Below, piece by piece: positions 50,364-60,487 of a stretch of 64,000 nt of DNA (position 1 is the first letter of the stretch; every line of letters begins with the position of its first letter). The notes beneath the pieces were generated by a model. It had not been told where the DNA came from. It did not search any database and worked only from the letters and a program-made list of their open reading frames with translations. The position numbers and the translations under genes were made by a program. Source of the stretch: Candidatus Hopanoidivoransaceae bacterium (GTDB taxonomy: Bacteria; Actinomycetota; Acidimicrobiia; Acidimicrobiales; Hopanoidiivorantaceae); NCBI GenBank assembly GCA_965204495.1, contig OZ241989.1, positions 828,300 through 892,299 on the forward strand. The letters are read 5' to 3'.

Positions 50364-51353
50364 ATGACTGCTTCATCAATCGCACTTCGGTGGGGGGCTG
50401 CCACTAGCACTGGGTGGCGGTCGGACGGCAACGAAGACTCGTTCGTGGTGGACGAAACCCTCTTCGCGGTGGCCGACGGGCTGGGCGGCTACAAGGGGGG
50501 CGAGATAGCTTCCAAGCTGGCTGTCCGCATCCTTCATCTGGCGGCCCGGCAGAAGACGCTGCCTATGTCGGGCTGGCTGGACGACCTTCTCCTGCCCGAC
50601 CACATCCGCTCGTTCAAACCCGGCACCCGATCTCTCTATCAGACTTTCCGTGAAATAGACCACGCCATCTTGGAGCGCGCCACTCAAGACCTGCACCTCA
50701 CGGGCATGGCCACCACCCTTTGCGCCATGCAAATTCACCGGGGCGAAGAGTTTGGCGAACCCGAAGAGAAGCCGTCTCCGCAGCCCTTTGACGACATCCA
50801 GCCCTATGACGACTTGGCAGAGAACCCCACATCAGCCAGTCACAATCGCTCAAGTAAAAACCATCCCAGCCAAAACCCCGCAAACCCAAACCACCCCAGC
50901 TCAAACCCCGGCGCCCCGTATTTCTCCATCGCCAATGTGGGCGACTCTCGCCTCTACCGCTTCTCAGGCAACAGGCTTCAGCAGATCACAGAAGACCACA
51001 CCGTAGCCCAAGAGCTCATCCACGAAGGCAGGATGACCGAGCACCAGGCCGTCCAGCACGAGTCTCGTCACAAGCTCACCCAAGCTCTGGGAGGCTTCCT
51101 CAGCGAGCGAGGAGTAGACATGTGGGAGATGCCAGTCGTGGCGGGCGACCGATTCATGCTCTGCAGCGACGGACTGGTGGAAGGCATAGACAACCGAGGC
51201 ATCACCCGCATCTTGGCTAAGAGCAAAAGCGCCCAAGCCACCGCCGAAACGCTGGTGAAAGAGTCGTGCAAAAAAGACGGCCGAGACGACACCACCACAG
51301 TCATAGTGGATGTAGTGTCGGCAAAACGCCCCTCTGGGAGACAGCATGGCTGA
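50364..51353 (+). CDS. pstP: PP2C Ser/Thr phosphatase (catalytic domain only)
   Basis: NEDS, AVADGLGG, MATTL, NVGDSRLY, LCSDGL, GRDDTT. Confidence 0.88.
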   Translation: MTASSIALRWGAATSTGWRSDGNEDSFVVDETLFAVADGLGGYKGGEIASKLAVRILHLAARQKTLPMSGWLDDLLLPDHIRSFKPGTRSLYQTFREIDHAILERATQDLHLTGMATTLCAMQIHRGEEFGEPEEKPSPQPFDDIQPYDDLAENPTSASHNRSSKNHPSQNPANPNHPSSNPGAPYFSIANVGDSRLYRFSGNRLQQITEDHTVAQELIHEGRMTEHQAVQHESRHKLTQALGGFLSERGVDMWEMPVVAGDRFMLCSDGLVEGIDNRGITRILAKSKSAQATAETLVKESCKKDGRDDTTTVIVDVVSAKRPSGRQHG

Positions 51354-53499
51354 AGATCCGCAACTCCTCGCAGGCCGCTACGAATTCGTCCGCTTCGTGG
51401 CCCGGGGCGGCATGTCTTCTGTCTATCTGGCACGCGATGTCCGCTTGGATCGTCCCGTTGCCGTGAAGGTGCTCTTCGCCGGCCTCGCCGATAACCCCTC
51501 GTTCGTGGAACGCTTCCGCCGCGAAGCTCTGGCAGCGGCAAGACTGAACCACCCCCGCATCGTGCGAGTGTACGACTCCGGTCAAGACAGCGGCACTTAT
51601 TTCATCGTCATGGAATACATAGAAGGCCAGACGCTCTCCAAAGTGCTCAAGCAAGAAGGCGCCCTCACGATGCCGACCGCCCTGCGCATAGGCGAAGATG
51701 TAGCCGAAGCCCTAGCCGATGCCCACAAGCAGAATGTGATCCACCGAGATGTGAAGCCGGGGAACATCATGTTCACGCCTTCCTCGGGTCTGAAGGTCAC
51801 GGATTTCGGCATCGCCAGAGCGGTCACGGGCAGCATCAGCGACCTCACCCAGACAGGCACAGTCATGGGCACCGCCACCTACTTCTCGCCAGAGCAGGCC
51901 AAAGGCGACCCGGCTGACTATCGCACCGACATCTACTCCCTGGGCGTGGTGCTGTTTGAGATGCTGGCCGGCAAGCCCCCTTTCTACGGCGACTCGCCCA
52001 TAGCAGTGGCCTATCAGCATGTGAACGAGCTGCCGCCGACTCTGCATGATGTCACAGACGGGGCCATTCCGCCAGAACTTTCAAATGTGGTGGCAAGGCT
52101 GCTGGCGAAGCGGCCGGAAGACCGCTATCAAGACGCCGAACTGCTGCGGCAAGACTTGGCGAGCATCCGCACAGGCCGACCCAGCCGCGCAGGTGCCCTG
52201 CCAGCCGGAGCCGCAGCAGCCGGCGCAGCCACAGGATTAGCCACAGAGTATTCAGGCAAGAGTTCGAAAAAACCGCAGAGGCGAAGAGAAAGCCGCCAGC
52301 GAGCTGCGCAAGATGCACCCCCTGTGCCTCCTGCGCCTCGCTCCTCCGTGCCCGCTGCGTCTCACCCCGCCGCGCCTCCTGCGCCCGGCGCATCTCCCCC
52401 TGCCCCGCCCGCCGAACCGCCGCGATATCCGCCACCTCCACATCCGCCCAGCCGCCCGCCCCCGCCTAGGCGCAGAATAACCGACACCGAGATCATCGCC
52501 GCCCGCCACCGTCGGCGCACTGCGCTGTTCTGGGCATCGTTCGCCCTCATCTTGGCATTGCTGGCAGGCATCATCACCTTCATCTCCCTCTCAACAGACG
52601 ACAATTCAGACGACAGCGCAGAAGCACCCCGCATAGACCTGCCCTCAATGGTGCGAAACGAAGAACCAGTAGCTGTGAATCGCCTTGACGAGCTCGGCTT
52701 CAAATGGAAGCTTGAATACGAGGAAAATGCCCAAGTTCCCCGAGGTCAAGTCATCAGGCAAAACCCGCGAGCCGGCGCAAGATTACCAGAAGACACAGAG
52801 ATAACCCTCACCATCAGCTTGGGCGCAGAGGCTCTGTCTGTGCCAAATGTGGTGGCATGGGATGTAGACGATGCCCGCAGGCTCCTGGAAAGCGGGGATT
52901 ACCGATTTGATGTGCTGGTGCAGCAGGTAGACAGCAACCTGCCTGTGGGGCAAGTCGTTTCTCAGTCGCTGGAACCGGGCGAGCAAAGGCAGCCCGGCAC
53001 GCAGATCATTCTGAATATTTCCAATGGGCAGCAAACCTTGCTAGTGCCCGATGTGGTGGGGCAGCCACGCGCCGTGGCCCAAGCAAGCATCACTCAAGCC
53101 GGGCTCAGATATGAAGAAAGACGGGTGCCGAGCGAAACCGTTCCTGTCGACCAAGTGATTCAAACCGACCCTGTCGCCGGCACAGAAATCAGGACGGACG
53201 CAGACACCGTTGTCGTGGTATTCATCTCCATCGGCAGCGACCCGACTCGCACCGTGCCTTACATAATTGACCTCACCGAAGCCGAAGCACGAGACGAACT
53301 GGAAGAGAGCGGCTTCATCGTGGCTGTGATCTACCAGCAAGTGCTCCTCCCCGAAAATGTCGGCAGAGTAATAGCGCAAGAACCCGCCCCGGCCACCAGC
53401 TTGAGTCTGGATCTCTTCCCCACCGTTACTATTACTGTGGGCTCCGACCAAGAAAACTTGGAGCCGACAGTGTCGTTGCGGCCCGCTTTGGAATCTTAG
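51346..53499 (+). CDS. pknB: PASTA-domain Ser/Thr kinase
   Basis: ARGGMSSVY, VAVK, HRDVKPGN, DFGIAR, YFSPEQ, TM helix, four PASTA repeats. Confidence 0.95.
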   Translation: MAEDPQLLAGRYEFVRFVARGGMSSVYLARDVRLDRPVAVKVLFAGLADNPSFVERFRREALAAARLNHPRIVRVYDSGQDSGTYFIVMEYIEGQTLSKVLKQEGALTMPTALRIGEDVAEALADAHKQNVIHRDVKPGNIMFTPSSGLKVTDFGIARAVTGSISDLTQTGTVMGTATYFSPEQAKGDPADYRTDIYSLGVVLFEMLAGKPPFYGDSPIAVAYQHVNELPPTLHDVTDGAIPPELSNVVARLLAKRPEDRYQDAELLRQDLASIRTGRPSRAGALPAGAAAAGAATGLATEYSGKSSKKPQRRRESRQRAAQDAPPVPPAPRSSVPAASHPAAPPAPGASPPAPPAEPPRYPPPPHPPSRPPPPRRRITDTEIIAARHRRRTALFWASFALILALLAGIITFISLSTDDNSDDSAEAPRIDLPSMVRNEEPVAVNRLDELGFKWKLEYEENAQVPRGQVIRQNPRAGARLPEDTEITLTISLGAEALSVPNVVAWDVDDARRLLESGDYRFDVLVQQVDSNLPVGQVVSQSLEPGEQRQPGTQIILNISNGQQTLLVPDVVGQPRAVAQASITQAGLRYEERRVPSETVPVDQVIQTDPVAGTEIRTDADTVVVVFISIGSDPTRTVPYIIDLTEAEARDELEESGFIVAVIYQQVLLPENVGRVIAQEPAPATSLSLDLFPTVTITVGSDQENLEPTVSLRPALES

Positions 53500-54077
53500 A
53501 CGGCTAGGAAATTTTCTAGGAGGGCGTAGCCGGATTCTGTTAGGACTGATTCGGGGTGGAACTGTAATCCTTCTGTGGGGTATTCACGATGGCGGATGCC
53601 CATGATGATTCCTTCATCTGTTGTGGCTGTCACGGCTAGCTCTTCTGGCAAGGTCGCAGGGTCGGCTATTAGCGAGTGATAGCGGGTGGCTTCCAGGGGG
53701 GTTTCCAGCCCTGCGAAAATGCCGGCGCCGTCGTGGTTGATCTTGGAAGTCTTGCCGTGGCAGACTTGGTCGGCGCGCACTATCTCGCCACCGAATGTCT
53801 GAGCGATGCTCTGATGGCCTAGGCACACTCCGAGCACGGGGCAGCGAGGCGCAAAATACTTCACCACTTCATTGGCAGCCCCGGCGTCTTCAGGGCGGCC
53901 GGGGCCAGGGCTGATGAGCACGGCATCGGGGCGCAGCCAGTCGAAGTCGTCATGGCTGATCTGGTTGTTGCGATAGACGATCGGCTCTGCACCCAAGGTG
54001 CCCAGATAGTGCACCAGCACATACACGAACGAATCAAAATTGTCAATCACGAGCACTCTTCGCTGCATGAGTTTCAT
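53496..54077 (-). CDS. pabA: Aminodeoxychorismate/anthranilate synthase glutamine amidotransferase
   Basis: VIDNFDSF, ISPGPG, LGVCLGHQ, HGKTS, TRYHSL, QFHPES. Confidence 0.93.
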   Translation of the reverse strand: MKLMQRRVLVIDNFDSFVYVLVHYLGTLGAEPIVYRNNQISHDDFDWLRPDAVLISPGPGRPEDAGAANEVVKYFAPRCPVLGVCLGHQSIAQTFGGEIVRADQVCHGKTSKINHDGAGIFAGLETPLEATRYHSLIADPATLPEELAVTATTDEGIIMGIRHREYPTEGLQFHPESVLTESGYALLENFLAV

Positions 54078-54107
54078 CGTACAGCCCAAATGCGCTATCC
54101 TGAGAGC

Positions 54108-54386
54108 ATGAGCACACCTCCTAAGCGAAAGCCCAAAGGCGGCCGAGTAACAGCCAAGGGCACCCAGCCCGAAAGCAGCCGCTACACCGCGCCCATCCCC
54201 GAAAGCCAAAAGCAGAGCCCCATCTGGGTGCCGATCCTGCTCTTCAGCTTCCTAGGCGTGGGCGCCATTGTGATCATCATCAACTACCTGGGCTTGGTGC
54301 CGGGCGGCGAAGCCAACAACTGGTATCTCCTAGGCGGCCTAGGCTTCATCCTCGCCGGCATCATCACGGCAACCCGTCTGCATTGA
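54108..54386 (+). CDS. crgA: Cell division protein CrgA
   Basis: SRYTAPIP...SPIWVP, two TM helices, NWYLLGGLG...ATRLH; position next to pabA/pknB. Confidence 0.88.
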   Translation: MSTPPKRKPKGGRVTAKGTQPESSRYTAPIPESQKQSPIWVPILLFSFLGVGAIVIIINYLGLVPGGEANNWYLLGGLGFILAGIITATRLH

Positions 54387-54421
54387 AGCCAAACCTCCCA
54401 GACTGCTCCCAGCTTTTGCCG

Positions 54422-54676
54422 CTACTCAATAGGAGCCATCAGCGACATTTCGTCTTGACAATGAATCGGAGGCGGAGGGTCTTCTGTGGGCGAGACTGTC
54501 ATTCGCATCTCTGTTCCGCAGATGTCGCAGCGGTACATTAGCTTCACTTTTCGCAGCTCGCCGGCAGGCGGCGGTTCGGGGGGAGTCTGCGACAGCAGCC
54601 GCAATGCCCAGATGCCGCCGACCACAATCAGCAGTCCCACCCCCACTGCCACCAGAATGTTCAGAAATGTTCCCAC
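54422..54676 (-). CDS. Small single-TM protein with zinc-ribbon-like motif
   Basis: N-terminal TM helix, YRCDICGTEMR...PPIHCQDEM. Confidence 0.7.
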   Translation of the reverse strand: MGTFLNILVAVGVGLLIVVGGIWALRLLSQTPPEPPPAGELRKVKLMYRCDICGTEMRMTVSPTEDPPPPIHCQDEMSLMAPIE

Positions 54677-54880
54677 TTGCCTGCTCCTATTATCACCGCT
54701 CGCCTTTCTCAGAATCACCGCTTGCCTGCCCCTGCAATCACTGCTCCCTGCTCCTGCAATCACCGCTCGCCTGCCTCAAAAATCTCAAATTTCCCTGCTC
54801 CTGCAATCTCAGCTTGCTTGCTCATATAGTCTGATGCTAACTAAACTTTAAGCTCAACCCAAAAAAGAAAGGCAAGACTC

Positions 54881-55417
54881 ATGGACGATTTCAGCACAGC
54901 AGTGGATGTCGCTCTTCTCATCGCCAGAGTATCGCTCGGGCTTACCGTCTTCGCACACGGCTACAACAAGTTCTTCAAAGGGGGCAAGATTGAGGGCACG
55001 GCCGGCTGGTTCTCCAGCATCGGCATGAGGCCCGGCAAGATGCACGCCTACTTCGCAGCCTTGGGCGAGATGGGCTCGGGGCTGTTCTTGGCATTCGGCT
55101 TGGTCACGAGCATCGCAGCCTTGGGGATGGTCGGGCTGATGGCTGTGGCTTCGTGGGTGGTTCATCGTCACAACGGCTTCTTCATCATCAAGGAAGGCTG
55201 GGAATACACCTTCATCATCGCCGTGTTCGCCGTTATCATCGCCATGATCGGCCCCGGCGACATATCGCTGGATTACGCCATCGGTCTAGACGAGAAGCTA
55301 GACGGCTGGACAGGTCTCATAGTGTCCGGCGGCGGAGGCATATCGGCTGCCGCCCTGCTGCTGAGCGTCTTCTATCACCCGGATAAACCCGAAATGGAAG
55401 AATCCCAACAGAGCTGA
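54881..55417 (+). CDS. DoxX-family membrane protein
   Basis: ARVSLG....HG.NKF, GTAGWFSSIG, NGFF..KEGWEY, GPG.ISLD. Confidence 0.9.
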   Translation: MDDFSTAVDVALLIARVSLGLTVFAHGYNKFFKGGKIEGTAGWFSSIGMRPGKMHAYFAALGEMGSGLFLAFGLVTSIAALGMVGLMAVASWVVHRHNGFFIIKEGWEYTFIIAVFAVIIAMIGPGDISLDYAIGLDEKLDGWTGLIVSGGGGISAAALLLSVFYHPDKPEMEESQQS

Positions 55418-55481
55418 CTTCCAGACTTTTGGCTGGCAACCCGCGTAAAATTTTCTGAAAAATATATCTATAGTGGCAATT

Positions 55482-58400
55482 ATGAAGCCGTTTTTCAGCC
55501 CCTTGCCTCTGAAAAAATCCAAGCTCGTCAAAGTTTTCGTGGCGACCGCGTTGTTCGCTTCGGTGCTGATCGCCTCGTCTGCTGCCGTGTCTCAGCCAGC
55601 TGCGAGCCAGACTACCTCCGACATCGTCTTCACCGCGCCGACTGGTTTGATAGTCGGTCGCAACCGCACCCTTGAAATCAATGCCTCTAATTCTGTAGCT
55701 GACGGCAGCAATACCATCACCTGCGCGGACGCCACGGGCGTGGACGCCACCAAGATGACGGTCACACGCGGCACAGGCGCCAATGCCTGCACTTTCACCG
55801 TTGATCCGGTAGACAGCCTCGCTTCGGCCTCGCAAGGCGACGCTACTTTCTCTGTGCTCTTCACTTCTTCTGGCGGCGATACTGAAACAGGCACCTTCAC
55901 TGTGAACATCGGCCCTGATTCCAATATTCGGACTGTGAGTGTTCCCGGTACGCTGTCCTTAACTGTCAGAAATATAAGGATGAACTTCTCCCGTTTCGCC
56001 ACCGACGGCGACTACGAAATTTTCTGCACTTCTCTGACTGCCAATACTGGCACTATCAGCAACCGCGCTGCCGACAGCTGCGTTTTCGACTTTAGGCAGT
56101 CTTTTGGCATTGGCCAATTCAATGTGAGTTTCAGGTCTGCTGGGGGTTCAACGACCACAACCACCATCAGGGTGGCGCCTTCTTTCGGCACTTCCCTGCG
56201 GTCTTTCAGCTTCCCTGCCCAGAATGTAGTCGTCGGCAGCACCACAGAGCTTCAAGCCAGCAACCATATCAGTCTCCAACGCGGCGGCACCCATTTCTGT
56301 TTTGATCCCACCAATATAGACAGCAAGATCACTGTCATTCTCAGGGGCTGTCGCTATATCATCACTGGCGTCACTGCCGGCACGGCTTCTTTCAATGTGA
56401 ACTTCAGGGTCACCGACGGCGCAGTTCGCTCTGCTGCTGTTACCGTAAATGTGAGGCTGCCCTCCAACATCGTTTTCAACGCGCCGACCGGTTTGGAAGT
56501 GGGGCGGAACCGAACTCTTGCCATAGACGCCTCTGAGCACGCCACAGACAGCAGCTATACCATAACCTGCGGCGACGCCACCGGAGTGGACAACACCAAG
56601 CTCACCTCCGTTACCCAAGTGACTCCCCCCGGTGGCTGCGTCTTCACCGTCGACCCTATTGACTCCCTCGCTGCCGGCTCGCAAGGCGACACGACCTTCT
56701 CCGTGCCATTCACTTCCTCCGGCGGAGACACCGAAACTGGCACTTTCACTGTGAACATCGGCCCCGACAGCAATGTCGTCTTCACGGCTCCGTCTGGTTT
56801 GTCTGTCGCTGCCGGCCGGGTGCTGGTGATTGACGCGTCCGACTATGCCTCTGACGGCAACTACACCATAACAGGCTGTGCTGCTGCTACGGGAGTGGAC
56901 TCTAAGATCACGGTTTCGAATGCGGGCTGCAGCTACGGCATCACTGCCGGCTCGACTGCGGGCACGGCCAGCTTCACCGTGCCTTACACCTCTTCGGGCG
57001 GCGACACGGAGAACGGTGCCATATCTGTGACGATAACGAGAACTTCTACGGAGTCGCCTGTGGTGGCTTTGGACGCTGCGGGCTGCACCGACGGCACTTT
57101 CGTCGACACCACGGCTAATCCCAGAGTCATGGGAACGAACAACGATCTGGTGGAAGACTGCCAGGCTCTGGTGGCTGTGCAGAATCACTGGGCCGCAGTG
57201 GCCGCCAACAGGAAATGGCCGTCTTCTCACAATCTCAGGCAGTGGGGAGTAGGCGCCAATCAGAAGATCACCGCCCCCTGGCCCGGTGTGACCATCACCA
57301 GCAAACGCGTTACCGAACTGGCTCTGCAGCATTCTCATTCTTCGGGCGATCCCATCAACAGCAGCTCGAGCATTCACGGGACTCTGCCCGCAGAGCTAGG
57401 CGACCTCACTGCCTTAACCTCTCTGCTGCTGAATGACAATATCCTCATCGGCGACATCCCCACAGAGCTGGGCAACCTCATCAACCTGACCGATCTGTAT
57501 CTGAGTACTAACCAGCTCACCGGCACAATCCCCACGCAGCTGGGCAGTCTCACGGATATGATCGATCTGGAACTCAATGACAACCAGCTCACCGGCGCCG
57601 TCCCAACGCAGCTAGGGAGTCTGACTGATCTTGAATACCTCCACTTGGACGACAACCGCCTCTCGGGCAGCATCCCTTCGCAGCTAGGAAGCCTCACCGA
57701 GTTATATGACCTGCATCTCAACAACAACCTCCTGTCGGGCACTATCCCTCAGCAGCTTTCAGGCCTCACGACCGTACGATCCCTGAGAATAGACAACAAC
57801 CGCCTCACTGGCAGCATCCCCTCGCAGCTAGGGTCTCTCAGCAACACCCTCAATAGTACCGGACTAGACATCTGCGAAAACTACCTCACCGGGGCAATCC
57901 CCACCGCTTTGAGAACGAAACTGAGGGACTATCCCACAGCCTCGGGCTACGACCCTATAGCCTGCCAGAACACAGGCTCTCCCCCGACCGCCACTTCAGA
58001 CATAACATACACTCCCCCAGCCCTAGTGCCCATAGAGGCCGGCACATCCGAAATCATAGATGCTCTCGCTTATGTGAATGACGACCCCTACACCATAACC
58101 TGCGCTGATGCCACAGGCAAGACCGCCAGCCTCACATCGGTAACACGCGACGGCTGCCTATACACGATCACAGCCGGCAGCACCGCAGGCGACGGCTCAT
58201 TCACCATCCCCTACACCTCCAGCGGCACCGACACCCACAGCGGCCTGCTGAATGTCAAAATACTCCCAGCATCAGTTATCACTTACACTCCAGTTTCCGT
58301 GCAGGCGGCTACGGGTGGGATGACTTTGATTGATGTTTCTTCGCTTGCTTCGGACGGCTCTTACGCTGTGTCTTGCGGGGATGCCAAGAGCATTGACTCG

Positions 58401-59636
58401 AAGCTGTCTTCGGTGACTAGAACGGCCAATACTTGCATTTATTCGATAACAGTCGGCAGCACTGCGGGCGCGGCTAGTTTCGTGGTGCCTTTTGCCTCCA
58501 CAGGCGGTGCTGCTTTGGATGCGACTGTGTCTATTACTATTGTCCGGCCTCTCTCGGTTATCGTTTTCAAAGAGCCGTTTTATTTGGATCTGGCCACGAA
58601 TCAGACTTTGACTATAGACGCTTCCGATTACGCGTCTGACGCTTATGGCTTTACTATTTCTTGCGGGGCCGCAACGGGCGTGGATTCCAAGATCACCATC
58701 CAGCGCACGGGTTGTAGTTTCGTGGTGACGCCTACAGGCGCAACCGGAACCGCCGTCTTCACTGTGCCTTACACCTCATCGGGCGGCGACACCTACAACG
58801 CAGTTTTCGCTATAGACATAGGCTCGGCTTCTGCTATTGCTTTCAGTGCTCCTTCGGGGCTTACGCTGGGGACTAATCGTTCCATGACTCTTGACGCAGC
58901 CAGCTACGCCATAGACGGCAGCTACTTGATCACTTGCGGCGATGCCACTGGCGTGGACTCCAAGATAGCGGTCACACGCCCGAACGCGAACGCCAGATCT
59001 TGCGAATACTCCATCACGCCCACAGGCGCGACCGGAACCGCCACCTTCACCGTGCCTTACACCTCCTCTGGCGGGCACACCGCGAACGGCACCATCAGCA
59101 TTGGGATAACCGCAGCTTCCACGATCGTCTACTCGGCACCCACAGGGCTGACTATGACAACCGGCAGCAGCATGACCATAAACGCCGCAAGCTACGCCAC
59201 AGACGGCAGCTACACCATAACCTGCGGAGACGCGGCAGCCCGTGATGCCAAGATCACCCGCATCACCAACACAGGCTGCAGCTATGAAATCACCTCAGGC
59301 GAAACCACAGGCACAGCCACCTTCACCGTGCCTTACACCTCGTCTGGCGGACACGCTCTCGCCGGGCAGATTTCTGTGGCGATCACCGCTCGTGCACGAA
59401 ATGTGGCGCCGGTATTTGACAGACAGTCAATGATGTGCGGAATGCTAGGCTTCCAGCCCGTCCGCCACAGCACCGCCGACCGCATCACCGAAGCAGACAG
59501 CTCAGCGACATTCTGCCGCACACCCGCAGGCATCATATGCCTCAAAGGAAGCTACCAAGCCGAAATGCCGAACAGGCTCGTCAACACCATCGGACTGGAA
59601 ACCAGCCTCGACAGCTGCTACAACAGCATCAGCTGA
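55482..59636 (+). CDS. Secreted adhesin-like protein: ten ~90-aa beta-sandwich repeats with paired Cys around a plant-type LRR block
   Basis: Signal peptide; repeat consensus S.I.F.AP.GL...IDA..YA.DG.YTITC.DATG.DSKIT....C.Y.IT....GTA.FTVPYTSSGG; about seven 24-aa LRRs L.G.IP.QLG.LT.L..L.L..N (57372-57902). Confidence 0.88.
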   Translation: MKPFFSPLPLKKSKLVKVFVATALFASVLIASSAAVSQPAASQTTSDIVFTAPTGLIVGRNRTLEINASNSVADGSNTITCADATGVDATKMTVTRGTGANACTFTVDPVDSLASASQGDATFSVLFTSSGGDTETGTFTVNIGPDSNIRTVSVPGTLSLTVRNIRMNFSRFATDGDYEIFCTSLTANTGTISNRAADSCVFDFRQSFGIGQFNVSFRSAGGSTTTTTIRVAPSFGTSLRSFSFPAQNVVVGSTTELQASNHISLQRGGTHFCFDPTNIDSKITVILRGCRYIITGVTAGTASFNVNFRVTDGAVRSAAVTVNVRLPSNIVFNAPTGLEVGRNRTLAIDASEHATDSSYTITCGDATGVDNTKLTSVTQVTPPGGCVFTVDPIDSLAAGSQGDTTFSVPFTSSGGDTETGTFTVNIGPDSNVVFTAPSGLSVAAGRVLVIDASDYASDGNYTITGCAAATGVDSKITVSNAGCSYGITAGSTAGTASFTVPYTSSGGDTENGAISVTITRTSTESPVVALDAAGCTDGTFVDTTANPRVMGTNNDLVEDCQALVAVQNHWAAVAANRKWPSSHNLRQWGVGANQKITAPWPGVTITSKRVTELALQHSHSSGDPINSSSSIHGTLPAELGDLTALTSLLLNDNILIGDIPTELGNLINLTDLYLSTNQLTGTIPTQLGSLTDMIDLELNDNQLTGAVPTQLGSLTDLEYLHLDDNRLSGSIPSQLGSLTELYDLHLNNNLLSGTIPQQLSGLTTVRSLRIDNNRLTGSIPSQLGSLSNTLNSTGLDICENYLTGAIPTALRTKLRDYPTASGYDPIACQNTGSPPTATSDITYTPPALVPIEAGTSEIIDALAYVNDDPYTITCADATGKTASLTSVTRDGCLYTITAGSTAGDGSFTIPYTSSGTDTHSGLLNVKILPASVITYTPVSVQAATGGMTLIDVSSLASDGSYAVSCGDAKSIDSKLSSVTRTANTCIYSITVGSTAGAASFVVPFASTGGAALDATVSITIVRPLSVIVFKEPFYLDLATNQTLTIDASDYASDAYGFTISCGAATGVDSKITIQRTGCSFVVTPTGATGTAVFTVPYTSSGGDTYNAVFAIDIGSASAIAFSAPSGLTLGTNRSMTLDAASYAIDGSYLITCGDATGVDSKIAVTRPNANARSCEYSITPTGATGTATFTVPYTSSGGHTANGTISIGITAASTIVYSAPTGLTMTTGSSMTINAASYATDGSYTITCGDAAARDAKITRITNTGCSYEITSGETTGTATFTVPYTSSGGHALAGQISVAITARARNVAPVFDRQSMMCGMLGFQPVRHSTADRITEADSSATFCRTPAGIICLKGSYQAEMPNRLVNTIGLETSLDSCYNSIS

Positions 59637-59641
59637 ATAGC

Positions 59642-60484
59642 TCAGGGGTTCCGCACTCTGCCTCTGAGCGCCATGAAGGCGAAAATCTGAGCTACTACTC
59701 CTACGCCCAAGATGGCGGCCAGCCCTTTGCCTAGGGCTACGCCGTCCCAATCCACGAAGAGCGAACGCATGCCTTCAAGCATGTAGGTAACAGGGTTCCA
59801 AGTGGCGATGGCCGACAGCCAGCCCGACAGGTTCTCTTGCGGCAGCCAAGCCGTAGTCAAGAACACGAACGGGAAAAACAGCAAGAAAGAGTTGTTCACT
59901 GCTGTGGGGTTGCCAGAGCGCAAGGCTATGGCATAGGGGAATCCCGTGTACATAAGCCCCCAGAGCGTGCCGATGAAGATGAACAGCAAGACGCCGAGCG
60001 GCCCGGTGGGAAAGTCCACTCCCACGATCAAGCCGAGCGACACCACAGGCACGCAGAGGGCTATGAACACCACGAAGTCGGCCACCATCAGCCCCAGCAG
60101 CAGCGACACCCGATTGACAGGAGTGAGCAAGAGGCGGTCGAAGTAGCCGTCTTTTATGTCGGTCACCAAAGCTGCCGCCCTTGAAAGACCTGTGACGGTG
60201 GTGATGATAGCCACCGGCAGCTGAAAGGCTTTGTAATCTATCTCAATTGCCGAGAAGTCGGCGATGCCGCTGAGGGCACCGATGGTCACGGCGTAAAAGA
60301 ACAGCGGCACGAACAGAGCGGGGATGATTGAAGCCATGTCGCGAGGCAGCTGGCGCAGCGAGCGATTGGCTACGGCTGTCAAGTCGCCCCAGAAGCCCCT
60401 GTCTCTGGCGGCGACACCTCTGGCGTGGGCAGCTTCGGTCTGTGCTGCCGGCGTTTCTGCTTCTGGCACCTCTGTCTCCGACAT
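59642..60484 (-). CDS. ABC-2 transporter permease
   Basis: DIKDGYFDRLLLTPV, WNPVTYMLEGMRSL, six TM helices. Confidence 0.9.
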   Translation of the reverse strand: MSETEVPEAETPAAQTEAAHARGVAARDRGFWGDLTAVANRSLRQLPRDMASIIPALFVPLFFYAVTIGALSGIADFSAIEIDYKAFQLPVAIITTVTGLSRAAALVTDIKDGYFDRLLLTPVNRVSLLLGLMVADFVVFIALCVPVVSLGLIVGVDFPTGPLGVLLFIFIGTLWGLMYTGFPYAIALRSGNPTAVNNSFLLFFPFVFLTTAWLPQENLSGWLSAIATWNPVTYMLEGMRSLFVDWDGVALGKGLAAILGVGVVAQIFAFMALRGRVRNP

Positions 60485-60487
60485 CGC

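Noticed and set aside
55620-56770. DGR template/variable repeat pair (adhesin repeats 1 and 4)
   Set aside because: In the segment compared, differences are mostly synonymous and not adenine-specific, and there is no reverse transcriptase in the window.
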